A stretch of 39,080 bases of DNA from a virus. Lineage: Duplodnaviria; Caudoviricetes. The notes beneath the pieces were generated by a model, which saw only the letters and a list, made by a program, of their open reading frames with translations, was not told where the DNA came from and ran no database searches. The position numbers and the translations under genes were made by a program. Positions 8,262-15,094 of the stretch are shown piece after piece. The stretch covers positions 1-39,080 of IMG/VR virus record IMGVR_UViG_3300048611_000146; one strand, given 5' to 3'. How positions within the stretch are numbered: the stretch's first letter is position 1; every line of letters begins with the position of its first letter.

Positions 8262-8621
8262 ATGTTTGCAGGATTCCTTGGCTGGGCCGGCGGCGCCTGG
8301 AATTGGTTTATGAAGTCGCCGGTCGCGCAATTCGGCGCGTTCTGCGTCGGCCTCATTTTCGCCTGGAGCGTGGCGGTCAACCGGCTGAAAGCCGAGGGCG
8401 CGCGGGAACAGAAACGCATCAATGACGCACTCAACGCCCGTGAGCACGCTGAAATGGTCACGGCTAAATCGGAGGTCACCAATGAATTGCAAGCGCGCGT
8501 CACACGCGCTGAAGCGGCTGTTGCTCGTCAGCCTCACTTGCGCAGCACTAGCGAGCTGCGCCGGGACGCCCCGGAGCTTGCCGCCCTCATCCTCGGACCT
8601 GATCCGGGAAACGGGCAGTGA
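8262..8621 (+). CDS. Inner-membrane spanin (Rz-like)
   Basis: AAGGAGG RBS. N-terminal TM (VAQFGAFCVGLIFAWSVAV) followed by a coiled coil, directly after the endolysin. Confidence 0.75.
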   Translation: MFAGFLGWAGGAWNWFMKSPVAQFGAFCVGLIFAWSVAVNRLKAEGAREQKRINDALNAREHAEMVTAKSEVTNELQARVTRAEAAVARQPHLRSTSELRRDAPELAALILGPDPGNGQ

Positions 8622-8826
8622 TGCGGCCTCGATCATTTGCGGCGGGCTGAAGCCCAAGGCAATGCCGCACTCGCTGCAACAGGCATTCGACGCGCTCCCG
8701 GGCATGACTGAGGGGGAGCGCTTTGAGACCTATCGGGCGCGGCTCACAATCGATCAGCTCGCGGTTTTCGACGCGTTCAACAAAGAGGTCAGCGACGGGC
8801 TGCTCTGGCTGGAAATCTGCAACTGA
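8482..8826 (+). CDS. Outer-membrane lipoprotein spanin (Rz1-like), overlapping the i-spanin
   Basis: GGAGG at 8471-8475, then MNCKRASHALKRLLLVSLTCAALASC with a LASC lipobox and a Pro/Ser-rich segment. It overlaps the Rz-like gene in another frame. Confidence 0.78.
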   Translation: MNCKRASHALKRLLLVSLTCAALASCAGTPRSLPPSSSDLIRETGSDAASIICGGLKPKAMPHSLQQAFDALPGMTEGERFETYRARLTIDQLAVFDAFNKEVSDGLLWLEICN

Positions 8827-8836
8827 GGAGAGAAAA

Positions 8837-8968
8837 ATGCACATTCTAGGCGTGGACGTTTGGACTATGATCGTGACGCTCGGCGTCTGGGCGTTCTTCG
8901 GAATCCCGATCAAGAACGGGTTCTTGTGGGCGTGGCGGAAGGTCACGAACCAGAAGACGCCCGCGTGA
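8837..8968 (+). CDS. 43-aa single-TM protein (holin/antiholin candidate)
   Basis: GAGGAG RBS; MHILGVDVWTMIVTLGVWAFFGIPIKNGFLWAWRKVTNQKTPA. Confidence 0.6.
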   Translation: MHILGVDVWTMIVTLGVWAFFGIPIKNGFLWAWRKVTNQKTPA

Positions 8969-9054
8969 TTCTGTTCAGACTTTGGCTGACACGCGGCGCC
9001 ATGTGCGCCGCGTTTCTGTTTCTGGCCTACGCCGCCTCAGCTCTCTCCTTCTGA
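8965..9054 (+). CDS. Possible 29-aa hydrophobic peptide
   Basis: GTGA overlap with the previous stop; (M)ILFRLWLTRGAMCAAFLFLAYAASALSF. Confidence 0.3.
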   Translation: MILFRLWLTRGAMCAAFLFLAYAASALSF

Positions 9055-9456
9055 TCCGCCGTTTTTCGGGACAACCTGAGGCTTGAAGCCTGGCGCGTTC
9101 GGGTCCGGCAGGCCCGCCATGCCGCTGAGAAACTGCATGATTGCCGCGTTGAACAGGGACAGGGTGAGCGGCTCGCCCTTGAGGTTCTCCTCAAGGTAGC
9201 GCCATGCGCGCATGGTCGCGCGAAACATGGTCGGCCCGCCGACCGCCTCATTCATGACGACGACCGGCTTAGGGCTCAGCCCGGGGTCCGGGAGGAAGGG
9301 TCCGTAACGGACCTCGACCGGCGCTGAAAATTCCCAGCTCATGCCGGGTGAAAGAATGTCTTTCGTCGGCAGCTCGCGCCCGTGCATCACCACCGCCTCA
9401 AGCTCGTCATTGTTGGTGATGCGGTAGACCTCCGGCCCCATCTTTTCAATTTTCAC
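9037..9456 (-). CDS. Hypothetical protein adjacent to attP
   Basis: GTG start with AAGGGGGG RBS; 139 aa. Candidate promoter on the minus strand: TTGGTG-17-TATGCT (9507-9479). Confidence 0.65.
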   Translation of the reverse strand: MKIEKMGPEVYRITNNDELEAVVMHGRELPTKDILSPGMSWEFSAPVEVRYGPFLPDPGLSPKPVVVMNEAVGGPTMFRATMRAWRYLEENLKGEPLTLSLFNAAIMQFLSGMAGLPDPNAPGFKPQVVPKNGGSEGES

Positions 9457-9525
9457 GTCAGCCCCCCTTGTCAGAGAGAGCATACGCGCGCGACATCGAC
9501 TCACCAACACAGAAACTGGCTCCGC

Positions 9526-9717
9526 TGTGAACCGTGTGTGAACCGGCTTTTTACGAGCGGCGAAATTTCAAGCGATAACAAATGCACGCGGGTGTAGCTC
9601 AATGGTAGAGCAGAAGCTTCCCAAGCATATGCCATTCCCACCGCTGCTGAGCCGGTCTGTGAACCATCGCCGCATAGACCCCTGATAGACCGACACTCAG
9701 GCGGATGAGTGTGAACC
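9526..9717. promoter_or_regulatory. attP with four TGTGAACC direct repeats (integrase arm-type sites)
   Basis: TGTGAACC occurs at 9526, 9537, 9658 and 9710, two on each side of the tRNA-homologous core, directly downstream of the integrase. Confidence 0.7.
9588..9626 (+). tRNA. 5' half of tRNA-Gly(CCC), attP core (fragment, not a full tRNA)
   Basis: GCGGGTG TA GCTC AATGGTA GAGC A GAAGC TTCCCAA GC gives the acceptor 5' strand, the D-arm and an anticodon loop with CCC. Similarity stops just after the anticodon loop. Confidence 0.88.
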
Positions 9718-10872
9718 GGCGGCGGCCATCACGCGGGATACGGCGTCAAGGTCAACGTAGTCGCGAATCCGGTTCGGGACCTCACCTTCAGACCAGCCCA
9801 TGACCAGGCCGATGAGCCGCAGGCTGACGCCGCCGAGATACATGGCGGTTGCAGCGTTGCCCCGGAGGTCATGAAAGTGCTTGTCCGCGCCGCCGGCTTC
9901 CCGATAGGCGGTGATCGCCGGCCGCATCGAGCTGTCAAAGCCGCTGGCGCTTTTCCAGCCCTGCTTGTGCGTGTTCACCAGGACGCGGCCGTCACCGACC
10001 TCCGGGCAGGCGGCTTTGCACTCCGCCAGCAGGTCACGAAGGTCGGGGTAGATCGGGATCGCCGCGCTCTGCTTTTTCCGGCTCTTTGAGGTCGGGCGCC
10101 GGATCACGTCCTTTTCAACCTGATCCCAGCGCAGCTCTATCACGTCCTTCATCCGCAAGCCGGTGAGCGTCGCCATGCGGACGCCGCGCGCAACGTGCGG
10201 CTTGCAGTGCTTGAGGAAGGCTTTCAGCTCCTCAGGCGTCCATGTGATCGAAGCGCGGCCCGGGCCTTCGTCCAGGCGCTCGATCCCCTCCGCCGCATTG
10301 TAGCGGATGCGCTCCTCTCCCTTTGCCCAGCTCAGCACGCGCGCAAGCACGGTGAGGCGGTAATTCGCCGTCCGGGCTCGGCGGTAGCGTTTCTCCGATG
10401 GGTCCCACTGAGCGATTTTCTTGTGCCAATCGATGATCAGCCGGCGGGCGCTATCCCCGCGCCCATACTTGTCCGGGGTCGCCTGTATTTCCATGAGCGA
10501 CGTGTCACCGAAAAAGGCCTCGATCTTCGTCAGGTGGCCCTTCCAGACGCGCTGAGTGTCCGGGGCCATGTCAGGCAGCTTGTGCTTTTCAAAGTCCCGG
10601 ACCAGCGCCCGCATGAAGCCGGGACTGAGCGTCGGCTTGCGGTGCTTTTCAAAGGCCGCCGCCAGCGCCGGGAATCCCTTCTGCTCTGCGGCCTCCGCCT
10701 CCTCAAGCGTTGCGCCCTCGAAGCGCGCGAGGAGCGGGGCTTCACGGCCCCGGTAGGCGTACCAGTAGAGGATGACCTTCCCGCGCCGTTTTTTCGGGCG
10801 CCTATAAGCTTTCGGGAGCAGCCGCGTTAAGCTTGTCCCAGAGCCCCTTGAGATCGTCTTGTCCGGTGTCAT
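9697..10872 (-). CDS. int: Tyrosine integrase
   Basis: Catalytic set TGLR, SKS, HFHDLRG, MGW and RDYV, with an N-terminal arm-binding-like segment (KRRGKVILYWYAYRG). Likely ATG at 10872 after AGGGGG; the ORF-track start is 11058. Confidence 0.93.
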   Translation of the reverse strand: MTPDKTISRGSGTSLTRLLPKAYRRPKKRRGKVILYWYAYRGREAPLLARFEGATLEEAEAAEQKGFPALAAAFEKHRKPTLSPGFMRALVRDFEKHKLPDMAPDTQRVWKGHLTKIEAFFGDTSLMEIQATPDKYGRGDSARRLIIDWHKKIAQWDPSEKRYRRARTANYRLTVLARVLSWAKGEERIRYNAAEGIERLDEGPGRASITWTPEELKAFLKHCKPHVARGVRMATLTGLRMKDVIELRWDQVEKDVIRRPTSKSRKKQSAAIPIYPDLRDLLAECKAACPEVGDGRVLVNTHKQGWKSASGFDSSMRPAITAYREAGGADKHFHDLRGNAATAMYLGGVSLRLIGLVMGWSEGEVPNRIRDYVDLDAVSRVMAAAGSHSSA

Positions 10873-11077
10873 TGGCGGCAACCCCCTTTGCCGGCGCATC
10901 AGGCGGCAGGACGCCGTTTTCCGCAAGGCGCTGATTGAGGCGGGCGTTGAGCTCCACCAGATCGTACACGCTATCCCGGCCGCGGCAGACAGGCTCAGCC
11001 CCGAACCTGGACGGGTGTTTCCCGCCCAGGAACCGGGTTGCATCCTCAAGACCGACAAGGCGCGGGGAGACGCTCAC
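10802..11077 (-). CDS. Putative excisionase (small winged-helix DNA-binding protein)
   Basis: PRLVGLEDATRFLG...PV...VYDLVELNARL resembles the Xis/AlpA pattern. It lies directly upstream of and overlaps int. Confidence 0.6.
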   Translation of the reverse strand: MSVSPRLVGLEDATRFLGGKHPSRFGAEPVCRGRDSVYDLVELNARLNQRLAENGVLPPDAPAKGVAANDTGQDDLKGLWDKLNAAAPESL

Positions 11078-11541
11078 CGGATCGGCTCCAGCGCGTCGAG
11101 GTACGTCAGCACGGCGGCGCGCAGGGCGTCACGCTCACCGTTCGAGCATAGTGCTGCGGCGCCGTTGCGGGTCTCCCCCCAAGCGGCGCAGGCCGCCTCC
11201 AGGGCGATGTCATCGACCTTGCCGGGATCAGCGATGACGACCTTTCCGACAAGCTCGGCGCCGGAGAGGTTCAAAATCTTCATGACGCGGAAGGACTGCG
11301 GCCCGCGAATCCAGCGGCCTTTGCGCTGCTTCGGGTCCTGATCCGCGTAGGCCTGCAGGTAGTCGCGCTCTGTCGACGCCGCCTCATAGGTCGCGTGATG
11401 ATGCGGCTTGCGGTCAACGATGATGAAGGAGAGGAGCTGTTCAGGCGCTCCCTCCTGCTTCGGCGGACGAGGCGGCAACGCCGCCGAAGTTTCCTCCGGC
11501 GGCGCTTGCTTCGCGAGTGTGAGAATGGGGCGGGCGGTCAT
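11074..11541 (-). CDS. Hypothetical protein
   Basis: 155-aa ORF with 4-bp overlaps to both neighbours. Confidence 0.7.
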   Translation of the reverse strand: MTARPILTLAKQAPPEETSAALPPRPPKQEGAPEQLLSFIIVDRKPHHHATYEAASTERDYLQAYADQDPKQRKGRWIRGPQSFRVMKILNLSGAELVGKVVIADPGKVDDIALEAACAAWGETRNGAAALCSNGERDALRAAVLTYLDALEPIR

Positions 11542-11981
11542 TCGGCCTGCGCCCTAGCAGCTACGCGCTGCATGTAGCTGCTGCCATCCGCCTCCCTGAT
11601 CCAGTACTCTCTGGTCCCATCACCCTGGCCTTCAAGGTGTCCGCGAACGGAGAATAGGATTTTCTCTGCGTCCTTCAGATCAGGGTCAGTGATCCCGCGC
11701 GTGAAAAACTCATAGGCCTGCAGGGACGCGCGGTGATAGCAGCACCAGTTGTCCTGCTCGCTTTTCATCATGCCGAGAAGCATCTGAAAGGCGGCGCCCA
11801 AGTGAGAGGTTGCGGTCGCCATCGCGGCGGCAATCTCAAACTTGTCCTCCTCCTCCGCCCACGCCTCATACGCATCATCATCGTTGATGCTCGGCTTGGG
11901 TGTCCGCTGATGGTCGATCCAGCAGCGTAGCGCGAGTTCAGCGGGGCAGGGGCTGGGGCGGGTTTTCAATGCTGCGGTCAT
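11538..11981 (-). CDS. Hypothetical protein, paralog 3 of tandem family
   Basis: MTAALKTRPSPCPAELALRCW...ATSHLGAAFQML...AYEFFTRGITDPDLKDAE; TGATG overlap with the upstream paralog. Confidence 0.75.
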   Translation of the reverse strand: MTAALKTRPSPCPAELALRCWIDHQRTPKPSINDDDAYEAWAEEEDKFEIAAAMATATSHLGAAFQMLLGMMKSEQDNWCCYHRASLQAYEFFTRGITDPDLKDAEKILFSVRGHLEGQGDGTREYWIREADGSSYMQRVAARAQAE

Positions 11982-12469
11982 CACAGCACGTCCCGGAAGG
12001 TCAGGACGGACTGCGCGTCCTGCATCCATCCCATGAGCCCGCGACTTGAATGACCGCCGGTCAGGAACATTTCAGCGGCGCGCAGATCGACGTCCGCAAA
12101 GGTTCGGGTCATATGAAAGTAGGCGCCAAGGATCAGGCGGGAGCGGTAGTCCATCCCGTCAGTGAGTGACTCCATGGCCTCGTCCGAGACCTTGCCGCAG
12201 CTATCCGTCTCATCCTGCGGACGCCACGGCCAAGAGGTCGCCGCGACCAACAGCTGAAACGCGGCGCCGACATCTGATCTTGCGATGACCTGTGAAATTT
12301 TATCGTGCTGAATTTCCTGCACGCGCGTTCTGTCAGCGTCTGTTTTTGACTTTGCGGACTTGGAAACCAGCTTCACCCATTCACGAAGAAGGGCTTCAGC
12401 AGGGCAGGCAGGCGCCGCAGCGCGTGAGACGCGGGCGGCAGGTTTGGTTTTCAGGGTAGCGGTTGTCAT
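11981..12469 (-). CDS. Hypothetical protein, paralog 2 of tandem family
   Basis: GGAG RBS; MTTATLKTKP...CPAEALLREW...VIARSDVGAAFQLL...AYFHMTRTFADVDLRAAE. Confidence 0.78.
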   Translation of the reverse strand: MTTATLKTKPAARVSRAAAPACPAEALLREWVKLVSKSAKSKTDADRTRVQEIQHDKISQVIARSDVGAAFQLLVAATSWPWRPQDETDSCGKVSDEAMESLTDGMDYRSRLILGAYFHMTRTFADVDLRAAEMFLTGGHSSRGLMGWMQDAQSVLTFRDVL

Positions 12470-12512
12470 GATGATGCTCCGGGGCCGCAGCGCAGCCCGT
12501 TAAAGGGTTGCT

Positions 12513-13013
12513 CTAGAGGGCGGCCAGCAGGTCGAAACCCGAGTTGAGAAAACACTCAATCCGATCATCAGGAGTGGGGCCGAGGACGTGGCGCTCCATC
12601 TCCTGCAGGTCCGGGTCATTGAGGCCTTTGGACATGACGCGGTAAGCGCTGAGGCCGATGCGGCGGTATTGACACTCCGCGTCCAGCACGGCGCGCACGT
12701 CCGCCCGCGTCATTTTTTCCTCGACGTCTTCTGGCAGACCGACGACGCAGTAAATTTCAAGCACCTGAAACGCGGCGCCGACATGCGAGCGGGCGATGAC
12801 GTGTGAGAGCGACGCGCGGGCCTTGTCCATTTCATCCCAGAGGCGGTCAGCCTCCGGCACGGTTGAGAGCGGCTTCCCGTCTGCCGGGCGCAGCTTTTCG
12901 TATTGGCGGTTAAGGGCCGCCATCTGCCGCAGGATTGCGGCGGCCGGGCAATAATCGTCCGCTGGGCGAGAAGTCCGCGCCGGGGGTTTGGTTTTGAGTG
13001 CTAGTGTGGGCAT
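12513..13013 (-). CDS. Hypothetical protein, paralog 1 of tandem family (first gene after PL)
   Basis: GAGGAGGGG RBS; MPTLALKTKP...CPAAAILRQM...VIARSHVGAAFQVL...AYRVMSKGLNDPDLQEME. Confidence 0.78.
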   Translation of the reverse strand: MPTLALKTKPPARTSRPADDYCPAAAILRQMAALNRQYEKLRPADGKPLSTVPEADRLWDEMDKARASLSHVIARSHVGAAFQVLEIYCVVGLPEDVEEKMTRADVRAVLDAECQYRRIGLSAYRVMSKGLNDPDLQEMERHVLGPTPDDRIECFLNSGFDLLAAL

Positions 13014-13038
13014 GAGCCCCTCCTCTGTTGATGGAGGG

Positions 13039-13090
13039 ACTATGGGGGTTAAAGCCCCCACCTGTCAACGGGTGGGGGCTTTAACCCTTA
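13039..13090 (-). promoter_or_regulatory. Leftward early promoter PL with two operators (OL)
   Basis: Minus strand reads TTGACA (13068-13063)-18-CATAGT. Operators are TGGGGGTTAAAGCCCCCA (13043-13060, between -35 and -10) and TGGGGGCTTTAACCCTTA (13073-13090). Confidence 0.75.
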
Positions 13091-13449
13091 TCGCTTTCAT
13101 CGCTGGCCTTCCGGCGGGCCTGTTCCGCCTGGAATCGCGTAAACTCCTGCACGGCCGCGCGGGCGCGGTCAGAGAGCCTGGGGAGCAGGCTGATAATCTC
13201 TGCGGTGGCTGCGTCACTCTGCCCGTCGACGGGCTCCCGGCCCGTCAGGAGCCATTCTGGGGCCTTCCTGAGCACGGCTGCCAGGGCGGTCAGGCTGTCG
13301 GTTTTGATGGCGTCATAGCGCCCGCTGAGGAAGTCCCGGAGCCAGGTTTCCCCCAGTCCCGCCCTCATGGAAGCGTCCCGCATGGACAGGCCCGCCTCGT
13401 CCAGCGCAGCCCGGACACGCTCCCGCATCTGGTCCGCTTCAATGCTCAT
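13081..13449 (-). CDS. CI-like repressor (XRE HTH), no peptidase S24 domain
   Basis: MRERVRAALDEAGLSMRDASMRAGLGETWLRDFLSGRYDAIKTDSLTALAAVLRKAPEWLLTG is an XRE HTH. It is 122 aa, divergent from the cro-like gene and flanked by operators. Confidence 0.85.
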   Translation of the reverse strand: MSIEADQMRERVRAALDEAGLSMRDASMRAGLGETWLRDFLSGRYDAIKTDSLTALAAVLRKAPEWLLTGREPVDGQSDAATAEIISLLPRLSDRARAAVQEFTRFQAEQARRKASDESDKG

Positions 13450-13450
13450 A

Positions 13451-13536
13451 AGGGGGTTTCTACCCCCGTAAGCGTCAGTTTGCACGGGGTTTTTGACACT
13501 TGACGACCGGGGGTTAGAACCCCCATACCTTGCGGT
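13451..13536 (+). promoter_or_regulatory. OR operators and rightward promoter PR
   Basis: Operators AGGGGGTTTCTACCCCCG (13451-13468), degenerate ACGGGGTTTTTGACACTT (13484-13501) and CGGGGGTTAGAACCCCCA (13508-13525). TTGACG (13500-13505) with a CATACC -10 lies just before ATG 13537. Confidence 0.72.
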
Positions 13537-13824
13537 ATGAGCATGCCCCGCCTCCCGGACACGGCTGAGCTGACGCTGCAAGCCGCCGCCTACAGGCAGG
13601 CCCTTAAAGGGCTTTGCCGACGCGTCAAGCGTCTTGCACAGGCCCGCGGCTGCTCGGAGGAGCAGGCGTCAAAGATCGTTTTCGGAGATCGCCAGCGCCT
13701 TTCCGACATCGAGGCAGGCGGCGTGATGAAGCCGGAGACCCTGCAGGCTGTCGCGCTGAAGCTTGAGGGCTACGAGGCAAGGCCCCGGATTCGCGCGAAA
13801 AAGCGCGAAGTCGAGGCCGCATGA
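13537..13824 (+). CDS. Cro-like HTH regulator
   Basis: Divergent from cI. LAQARGCSEEQASKIVFGDRQRLSDIEAGGVMKPETLQAV resembles alphaproteobacterial phage Cro-like proteins. No RBS is visible, so it is probably leaderless. Confidence 0.7.
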   Translation: MSMPRLPDTAELTLQAAAYRQALKGLCRRVKRLAQARGCSEEQASKIVFGDRQRLSDIEAGGVMKPETLQAVALKLEGYEARPRIRAKKREVEAA

Positions 13825-14300
13825 GGTCAGCCTGCGCCCTCAGCGTGCATCTGGAGGACATCAGCGCCCTGACCGGCCTGCGTCGCATCCATGCGCCGGA
13901 TAGCGCCCTGGGCCTCCGCAATGAGCAAGGTGAGGTGCTCCCGGGTCAGCGCGTAGGCGTGAACCGAACCGACGCCGTGTTTTTCAATCGGCAGACACAA
14001 GCGGGCCATGCCGCCGTCAACGTCTTCAATGCGCGGCGGTTTTTCGACAAAGAGACACATTCCAAATCCCCAGCCCAAAGAGGGGCGTTTTTTGTTGAAG
14101 CACTGAGAGGCTTACGCAAGTCCGTCTCGCGTCTTCGGCCTCTTAAGGGGCCGTTACCTGCTTGTAACACGGCAGCCGGAATCGACCACCCGGAAAACCA
14201 GGCGGTAGCAAACTTTATTCGGGGGGAGACGCGCAACACGGACGCCGGGCGGCGCGCGGACGTCGCGAGGGCCATCGAGAGAGAACTAGAGACCCCCTGA
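13821..14300 (+). CDS. Possible CII-position HTH protein
   Basis: ATGA overlap with cro. The C-terminal AAGIDHPENQAVANFIRGETRNTDAGRRADVARAIE is HTH-like. The N-terminal half is antisense to 13827-14060, so the true start is uncertain. Confidence 0.4.
   Translation: MRSACALSVHLEDISALTGLRRIHAPDSALGLRNEQGEVLPGQRVGVNRTDAVFFNRQTQAGHAAVNVFNARRFFDKETHSKSPAQRGAFFVEALRGLRKSVSRLRPLKGPLPACNTAAGIDHPENQAVANFIRGETRNTDAGRRADVARAIERELETP
13827..14060 (-). CDS. Small antisense-oriented hypothetical protein
   Basis: GGGGA RBS; MCLFVEKPPRIEDVDGGMARLCLPIE...AYALTREHLTLLIAEAQGAIRR has a beta-beta-beta-helix pattern. Converges on the cro stop. Confidence 0.5.
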   Translation of the reverse strand: MCLFVEKPPRIEDVDGGMARLCLPIEKHGVGSVHAYALTREHLTLLIAEAQGAIRRMDATQAGQGADVLQMHAEGAG

Positions 14301-14367
14301 AGCGGTGCGACCCGGTGAGGCAATCACCGGGCCGCCGCTGACTGCAACTGCGGTGATAGGAGCACCA

Positions 14368-14535
14368 ATGTCACAGACCAGCGATGAGGCTAAACATAGC
14401 CCCTGCGTAAGGCAGGAACAGGGCGTTGCTGTAAAAGCTCCGGCGCCCTGGCAGCCGATATCCGAGGCCGCCCGCCGCGTTGTGCAGCGCTTAGGGAGGA
14501 TCCCAGCATCCGGCGCGGAGCGCGGCCATGACTGA
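14368..14535 (+). CDS. Small hypothetical protein
   Basis: AGGAG RBS; MSQTSDE...WQPISEAARRVVQRL; overlaps the next start. Confidence 0.5.
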   Translation: MSQTSDEAKHSPCVRQEQGVAVKAPAPWQPISEAARRVVQRLGRIPASGAERGHD

Positions 14536-15094
14536 GGCCGCATCCGTCAAACCTACCTGCTCACGGTGTCAGGCGCATGACGACGCCATCCCGACCGATG
14601 AGCAGCTGCGCCGGATGGCGTCTGGAATATCCATCGATGAGGCTCGGCCATATGACCCGACGCCGCGGACCACAGAACAGGAAGTGGCGGCGCGAATGTA
14701 TGCGTTCGCGCTGTCGGCGTACCTCCGGGAGTTCGGCATCGAAAACGCGTTTGCGCGCCTAAGCGTGACGCTTGAATGCCTGAAGGTCTCGATGAGATTC
14801 CGCGGTATCATCGATCGCCAGATTTTTGCCCGCCGATACATCAACGACCGCGCCAGCTATGCGGCGGCGAATGACCGTGACGAGGAAGCGGAAAACATCT
14901 GGGCGGAGCCGACGCCGGGCTACCCCGGCAAGGAGTTGGATGACGCTTATCTGGATCAGGGGAGAAATGCTGGCGCGGCTGATTATGAGCGGCAGGCCAA
15001 AAGCGCGTCTTACTTGGCGGAGGCCCGGGAGTTCGCTGAGGAGGCCCGGATTTACGGCGAGATCATGCGCGCGCCGGCGGGTCAGAGCCGATGA
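14528..15094 (+). CDS. Hypothetical protein (N-terminal CxxC)
   Basis: 188-aa ORF with GGAG RBS and an ATGA overlap with the helicase. Confidence 0.7.
   Translation: MTEAASVKPTCSRCQAHDDAIPTDEQLRRMASGISIDEARPYDPTPRTTEQEVAARMYAFALSAYLREFGIENAFARLSVTLECLKVSMRFRGIIDRQIFARRYINDRASYAAANDRDEEAENIWAEPTPGYPGKELDDAYLDQGRNAGAADYERQAKSASYLAEAREFAEEARIYGEIMRAPAGQSR

Noticed and set aside
9588-9650. Complete phage tRNA-Gly gene
   Set aside because: The anticodon stem 3' strand breaks after GC and there is no GTTCGA T-arm or matching acceptor 3' strand. The downstream ATTCCCACCGCT resemblance is too weak.
12492-12511. nut boxB-like hairpin between paralogs 1 and 2 (GCAGCCC..GGGTTGC)
   Set aside because: On the transcribed minus strand the loop is not purine-rich, there is no boxA and no N-like protein. 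At most it is a weak intergenic hairpin.
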